NCBI GenBank assembly: GCA_944320775.1
Contig: CALUIV010000003.1
Coordinates: forward strand, 253 to 64,252
Reading direction: 5' to 3'
From: an uncultured Paraprevotella sp.
GTDB taxonomy: Bacteria > Bacteroidota > Bacteroidia > Bacteroidales > Bacteroidaceae
DNA: 64,000 nucleotides
The notes beneath the pieces were generated by a model. The model was not told the origin of the DNA. It made no database searches and saw nothing but the letters and a program-made list of their open reading frames with translations. Position numbers and translations under genes: made by a program. Positions within the stretch are counted from its first letter, which is position 1. Every line of letters starts with the position of its first letter. Of the stretch, positions 59,739-64,000 are shown one piece after another.

Positions 59739-59777
59739 AAAATCCCCAAAAGTTATCACCTGACTTTTGGGGATTTT
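59739..59777. terminator. Bidirectional terminator
   Basis: 15-bp inverted repeat aaaatccccaaaagt / acttttggggatttt. Confidence 0.85.
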
Positions 59778-59784
59778 TATATGG

Positions 59785-60888
59785 TTACTCAGACTTTCGA
59801 TAACTCCAAACAGCCCAAATATTAAAAACAAGCATAAAACCGGACAACATAAAAAATGGAAATAACAGATCCCGAAAAGAACTTCCTTTTAAAAAAATCA
59901 TACGCATCACTTCATTAAAATAAGTCAACGGATTAATTCGTGCTACCCATTGGGCCCATAACGGCATACTCCTTACTGGAGTAAATAAACCACTCAACAA
60001 AATAAACACAAGCATAAAAAAGAAAGTGACGAACATGGCTTGTTGCATTGTTGCTGAATAATTAGAAATAACCAATCCGACCCCAGACATTATCAAGATA
60101 TAGATAAAAGCCATAAAATAAAGTAATGATAAAGAACCGACAGGAATCAGTCCATAAATATAACGGGAGAATAACAGACAAAGTGTAAGAGCTACAAAGC
60201 CTACAATCCAATACGGAATCAGCTTTCCCAAAATAAATGTCCATTTACCCAACGGAGTCACGTTCAGTTGTTCTATTGTTCCGACCTCTTTTTCACTGAC
60301 GATATTCAACGCCGGAAGAAAACCACATAACATCGTCAACAACATGACTATCAAAGCCGGAATCATAAACACTTTATAATCTAAACGTGGATTAAATAAA
60401 TTCAACTCGGCAATCTGTACAGAAGTATTCAACCTTTTCCCGGATGTTCTAGCCTCAGACTCCATAAAGTCTTGAACTACCTCCATTAAATATGAGGAAC
60501 CTAATGCACCTTTTGTACCATTAACAGCATTTGCCGATATTTGTAAATTCATAGGATCCCCCCGCATCAGATTACGTTCGAAATCAGCAGGAATCTCCAA
60601 AATAAGATCTGATTCACCAGATTCAACAGAGGCTAATGCTTCATTATAATTCCGAACATAACCAGTCAGACGGAAATAATCCGTAGCTCCTATCTGCTCC
60701 ACCAAACGTTTCGAAAGAGTGGAGCAATCGCTATCTACTACACACAGTTGATTCATTTTAATCTCAAGTGTAGCAGCCCATGGCATCAAAAGCATCATAA
60801 CACAGGGAAAAATGACAATCAGCCGCGGTATAATCGGATTACGCACCATTTGGCGAAATTCTTTTTCAATAATATATTTAAGAACCAT
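59785..60888 (-). CDS. ABC-2 type transporter permease
   Basis: KEFRQ, IVSEKEVGTIEQLNVTP, LSGLFTPVRSMP, NPLTYF. Confidence 0.9.
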   Translation of the reverse strand: MVLKYIIEKEFRQMVRNPIIPRLIVIFPCVMMLLMPWAATLEIKMNQLCVVDSDCSTLSKRLVEQIGATDYFRLTGYVRNYNEALASVESGESDLILEIPADFERNLMRGDPMNLQISANAVNGTKGALGSSYLMEVVQDFMESEARTSGKRLNTSVQIAELNLFNPRLDYKVFMIPALIVMLLTMLCGFLPALNIVSEKEVGTIEQLNVTPLGKWTFILGKLIPYWIVGFVALTLCLLFSRYIYGLIPVGSLSLLYFMAFIYILIMSGVGLVISNYSATMQQAMFVTFFFMLVFILLSGLFTPVRSMPLWAQWVARINPLTYFNEVMRMIFLKGSSFRDLLFPFFMLSGFMLVFNIWAVWSYRKSE

Positions 60889-60899
60889 AATGATAACAA

Positions 60900-61997
60900 T
60901 TATTCCAAACGATATTTGAATTTGAACAAACTCACCGATAATAAAAACACTGCCATCGCAGAAAGAATCGAAACCTCAGAAACAATTGCCGTAAATCCGC
61001 TTCCTTCAATCATTACTTTCTTGATTGCCTGAATGTACCATTTTGCTGGAATAAAATGAGACACGCACTGTAAAAACGTCGGCATACTTTCTATGGGAAA
61101 AATAATTCCCGACAGAAGCATAACGGGCATCATCATAACCATACCGGAAATAATCATTGCTGCTACTTGAGTATGTACCAGAGTAGAAACCAGCAAACCT
61201 AAGGAAAGAGCAACTACAATCAACAACATACTGACTGCAAACAATAAAAAGATACTACCTGCTATCGGAACATGAAGCACAAATACGGATAAAAACAAAA
61301 TAGTGATCAAATTCACACACGACAAAAGGAAATATGGCACTGCTTTGGCTATAATGATAAAGATAGGCCGGATTGGAGAAACAAGCAAAACCTCCATTGT
61401 TCCAGTCTCTTTCTCACGTACAATACTTATTGAAGTCATCATCGTACAGATTAACATCAGGATAAGTCCCATAACACCCGGTACAAAATTATAGGCACTT
61501 TTCATCTGAGGATTATATAGTAAGTGTGTCTGCACAGCCAAAGCAGCCCCATCTTCCGAAACAGACTGTAATTCTGCCAGAACAAGACTCCGGGCATAAT
61601 TCATCATCATATGCGCCGTATTAGGATCCGTGCCATCAGCAATCAATTGAATTCGAGCTTCTGAGTTACGTACCAAATGCTCTTGAAACCGATCTCCGGT
61701 CACCACAACCAAATCTATCTGGTTCCGTCTGAAAGCCTCATACATATCCTTCGGACTATCCAAACGACCTAAGAAGCGAAAATAAGGATTCTCATCAAAA
61801 CGTTGTACCAATCGTTGCACTTGTATATCACCCGAAGCATCCAATATCATAAAACGACAATCTTTTACTTCTGTCGATATCGCAAAACCAAAAAGCAGAA
61901 TCTGCATTACCGGCATACCAAGCAAAATAAGCATCGTTCGACGGTCACGGAAAATATGATAAAACTCTATTCGGACAAAGGCTAAAAACTCTTTCAT
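60900..61997 (-). CDS. ABC-2 type transporter permease
   Basis: EFYHIFRDRR, YNPQMKSAYNFVPG, IVREKETGTMEVL, LSGIIFPIESMP. Confidence 0.9.
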   Translation of the reverse strand: MKEFLAFVRIEFYHIFRDRRTMLILLGMPVMQILLFGFAISTEVKDCRFMILDASGDIQVQRLVQRFDENPYFRFLGRLDSPKDMYEAFRRNQIDLVVVTGDRFQEHLVRNSEARIQLIADGTDPNTAHMMMNYARSLVLAELQSVSEDGAALAVQTHLLYNPQMKSAYNFVPGVMGLILMLICTMMTSISIVREKETGTMEVLLVSPIRPIFIIIAKAVPYFLLSCVNLITILFLSVFVLHVPIAGSIFLLFAVSMLLIVVALSLGLLVSTLVHTQVAAMIISGMVMMMPVMLLSGIIFPIESMPTFLQCVSHFIPAKWYIQAIKKVMIEGSGFTAIVSEVSILSAMAVFLLSVSLFKFKYRLE

Positions 61998-62003
61998 ACC
62001 AAT

Positions 62004-62948
62004 TTATTGTTTTACCGAATATTCTAAAGAACCCGATAATAAGAAGTCAACCTCACCATACATCCCTAATTTAATCATTCCATCGTAATTATTAACAGCA
62101 ATCTTTACAGCATAAACCAAATGAGCACGTTCATCGCGAGTCTGAATTGTCTTCGGTGTAAATTCAGCCTGGTCAGAAATCCAAACCACCTTTCCATCAT
62201 AAGATTTCCGGCCAGAAGTGCCATAATCAGCATATATCTGCACCGATTGTCCTACCTTTATCCGAGTCAGTAAAGGTGCATCAACATATGCACGCAAGAA
62301 CAGATTGCGGGTATCAGCCACTTTGAACAAAGGTTTACCCGTTCCGGTCAGTTCTCCAGCTTCAGCATATTTTGCCAGTACGCGTCCGCTTATGGGAGAT
62401 CTCAGACGACATTTCTCCAGTCGATCATCTAATTGCATTACCTGCAACGTCAAAGCCTGCTGTTCATGATCAACACTATTATTGGCATTTTCTAAAGTAG
62501 AACGCTGGGCGTCATATTCCCGGCGTAAAACAGCCAGTTGTGCTTCAGCATCATCCCGTTGTTTCTTGGTGGCTGCATTTTTTTGAAATAAATGTCTGCT
62601 CCGCTCCACATCCTGTTCTGCCTGTTCTATTTGCCGGCGCAAAGCTGACATCTGTTTTACTACATCATAACGTTTCCAGTCGGCGGCATTTCGAGTTTCC
62701 AACAATTGTCGTCTGCTCAATGCAAGCTGCACCGTATCAATACATCCCACTTCCTGACCAGCCTTCAATTCATCTCCTTCCATAATATCAAAACGCAAAA
62801 TACGCCCATCAGCTTCTGCAGAAACCAATACTTCAGTCGCTTCAAAAACTCCAGTAGCATCTGCATCCGATCCGGATGAAGTACAACTCATAAAAATAAA
62901 GCCCCCAAATCCTATAAAAAACAAAACTATTTTTCCAAAACTTTCCAT
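62004..62948 (-). CDS. HlyD family membrane fusion protein
   Basis: Lipobox MSC, GVFEATEV.VSAE, SPISG.VL, AEFTPKTIQT.DER..LVYAVK, GMYGEV. Confidence 0.9.
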   Translation of the reverse strand: MESFGKIVLFFIGFGGFIFMSCTSSGSDADATGVFEATEVLVSAEADGRILRFDIMEGDELKAGQEVGCIDTVQLALSRRQLLETRNAADWKRYDVVKQMSALRRQIEQAEQDVERSRHLFQKNAATKKQRDDAEAQLAVLRREYDAQRSTLENANNSVDHEQQALTLQVMQLDDRLEKCRLRSPISGRVLAKYAEAGELTGTGKPLFKVADTRNLFLRAYVDAPLLTRIKVGQSVQIYADYGTSGRKSYDGKVVWISDQAEFTPKTIQTRDERAHLVYAVKIAVNNYDGMIKLGMYGEVDFLLSGSLEYSVKQ

Positions 62949-63188
62949 ATGTCTTTCTATACAGCAATTCGTTCACTTTTAAATATTTTCATTTCTTATC
63001 ATACATTCAGTATGCTCCGATTTGACTAAAGTAGAAATTATTTCAGGAAAAGCCAACAAAGGATTTAAAAATCTTCGGGGAAAAAGACAACAAGAATAAA
63101 AATAACCGAATATAGGTATTGTAGAAACAAAGCCAGCCCTCTATCTTTGTATTAAAATCAAAATGTAACATCCCCCAATAAATAAGTT

Positions 63189-63980
63189 ATGGAAACCAAT
63201 AATGTATTAACCGCATTCACACTAACCTTAATTGCCGGACTCGCCACCGGCATTGGAAGTCTGATTGCACTAGTTACCAAACGGACCAATACCCGTTTTC
63301 TCTCAGCAGCTCTAGGGTTATCGGCCGGTGTCATGATTTATATATCCTTCATGGAACTGATGCCAGAAGCTGTCAGTCAGTTCAATCTGCTGTATAGCGA
63401 CAAACAAGCTCAGATACTCATGCTTATTGCATTTTTTCTAGGAATTGCCCTGATTGCCATCATTGACCGACTTGTCCCGGAAGATGAAAATCCGCATGAA
63501 GTACATTTGGAACGGGAGAATACGGACCAGCATAAATTAAAACGGACCGGAATACTGATGGCTCTAGCTATTGGCATTCACAATTTTCCAGAAGGACTTG
63601 CCACCTTTGCTACCGCTTTGTCTGATCCAGAGTTGGCCCTTCCGATTATGTTCGCCATAGCCATACACAACATTCCCGAAGGCATAGCCGTATCTGTACC
63701 CATCTACCATGCTTCGGGAAGCCGAAGAAAAGCGTTTTGGTATTCTGCCCTTTCAGGTATAGCAGAACCTGTAGGAGCCTTATGCGGTTATCTCTTCCTC
63801 CGTCCGTTCTGGACTCCTGAAGTCAATGCCTTTCTCCTGGCCTTTGTTTCCGGCATTATGATCTATATCTCATTTGACGAACTTTTACCGGGAACTGAAA
63901 AGTATGGTCATCATCATTGGGGTATTGCTGGAGTTATTTCCGGAATGGCCATCATGGCCATCAGCCTGCTTCTGCTTTAA
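63189..63980 (+). CDS. zupT: Zinc transporter ZupT (ZIP family)
   Basis: SAGVMIYISF, AIGIHNFPEGLATF, AIAIHNIPEG, DELLP; TATCTTTG element at 63142-63149. Confidence 0.93.
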   Translation: METNNVLTAFTLTLIAGLATGIGSLIALVTKRTNTRFLSAALGLSAGVMIYISFMELMPEAVSQFNLLYSDKQAQILMLIAFFLGIALIAIIDRLVPEDENPHEVHLERENTDQHKLKRTGILMALAIGIHNFPEGLATFATALSDPELALPIMFAIAIHNIPEGIAVSVPIYHASGSRRKAFWYSALSGIAEPVGALCGYLFLRPFWTPEVNAFLLAFVSGIMIYISFDELLPGTEKYGHHHWGIAGVISGMAIMAISLLLL

Positions 63981-64000
63981 TAACAAGCCTGGCAGAAAAT

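Noticed and set aside
63150-63188. ATGTAACAT as a Zur box before zupT
   Set aside because: Only a 4-1-4 dyad in AT-rich DNA; too weak to call.

Overview
64 kb of mostly core chromosome from a Bacteroidales gut anaerobe (Bacteroides/Phocaeicola-like gene content and order, many TAnnTTTG -7 promoter elements). In order: the tail of a capsular polysaccharide locus (epimerase, ugd, rfbC, Wzi-like, lipocalin-like); ilvD-ilvB-ilvN-thioesterase-ilvC; an mgtA-porin pair; slyD-aroC; a candidate ~100-nt sRNA before sbcDC; an EamA transporter, a secreted alpha/beta hydrolase and a carbonic anhydrase; an RND efflux cluster with AraC; rubrerythrin; hisGDCB with an unannotated His-rich leader/attenuator; a Dna2-like nuclease-helicase overlapping tail-to-tail with an orphan HpaII-like endonuclease homolog; sdaA; an operon carrying a GH110 alpha-galactosidase; a TonB-dependent receptor; a reduced methylmalonyl-CoA locus; panCD; a half glycogen-synthase domain with a DUF4270-like lipoprotein; an ATPase-less ABC exporter; zupT. 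I saw no rRNA, tRNA, CRISPR array or IS element. The best leads are: (1) the methylase-less HpaII homolog whose catalytic Lys appears replaced by Tyr, in sequence visibly rich in CCGG; (2) the promoter-terminator cassette before sbcDC; (3) four TTAGA repeats at an exact 11-bp period at the mgtA promoter; (4) a 57-aa gene missed by the ORF track in a methylmalonyl-CoA locus lacking the Na+ pump subunit; (5) a 22-bp-period repeat family at two loci. Family calls rest on motif recognition and recalled homologs, not database searches.
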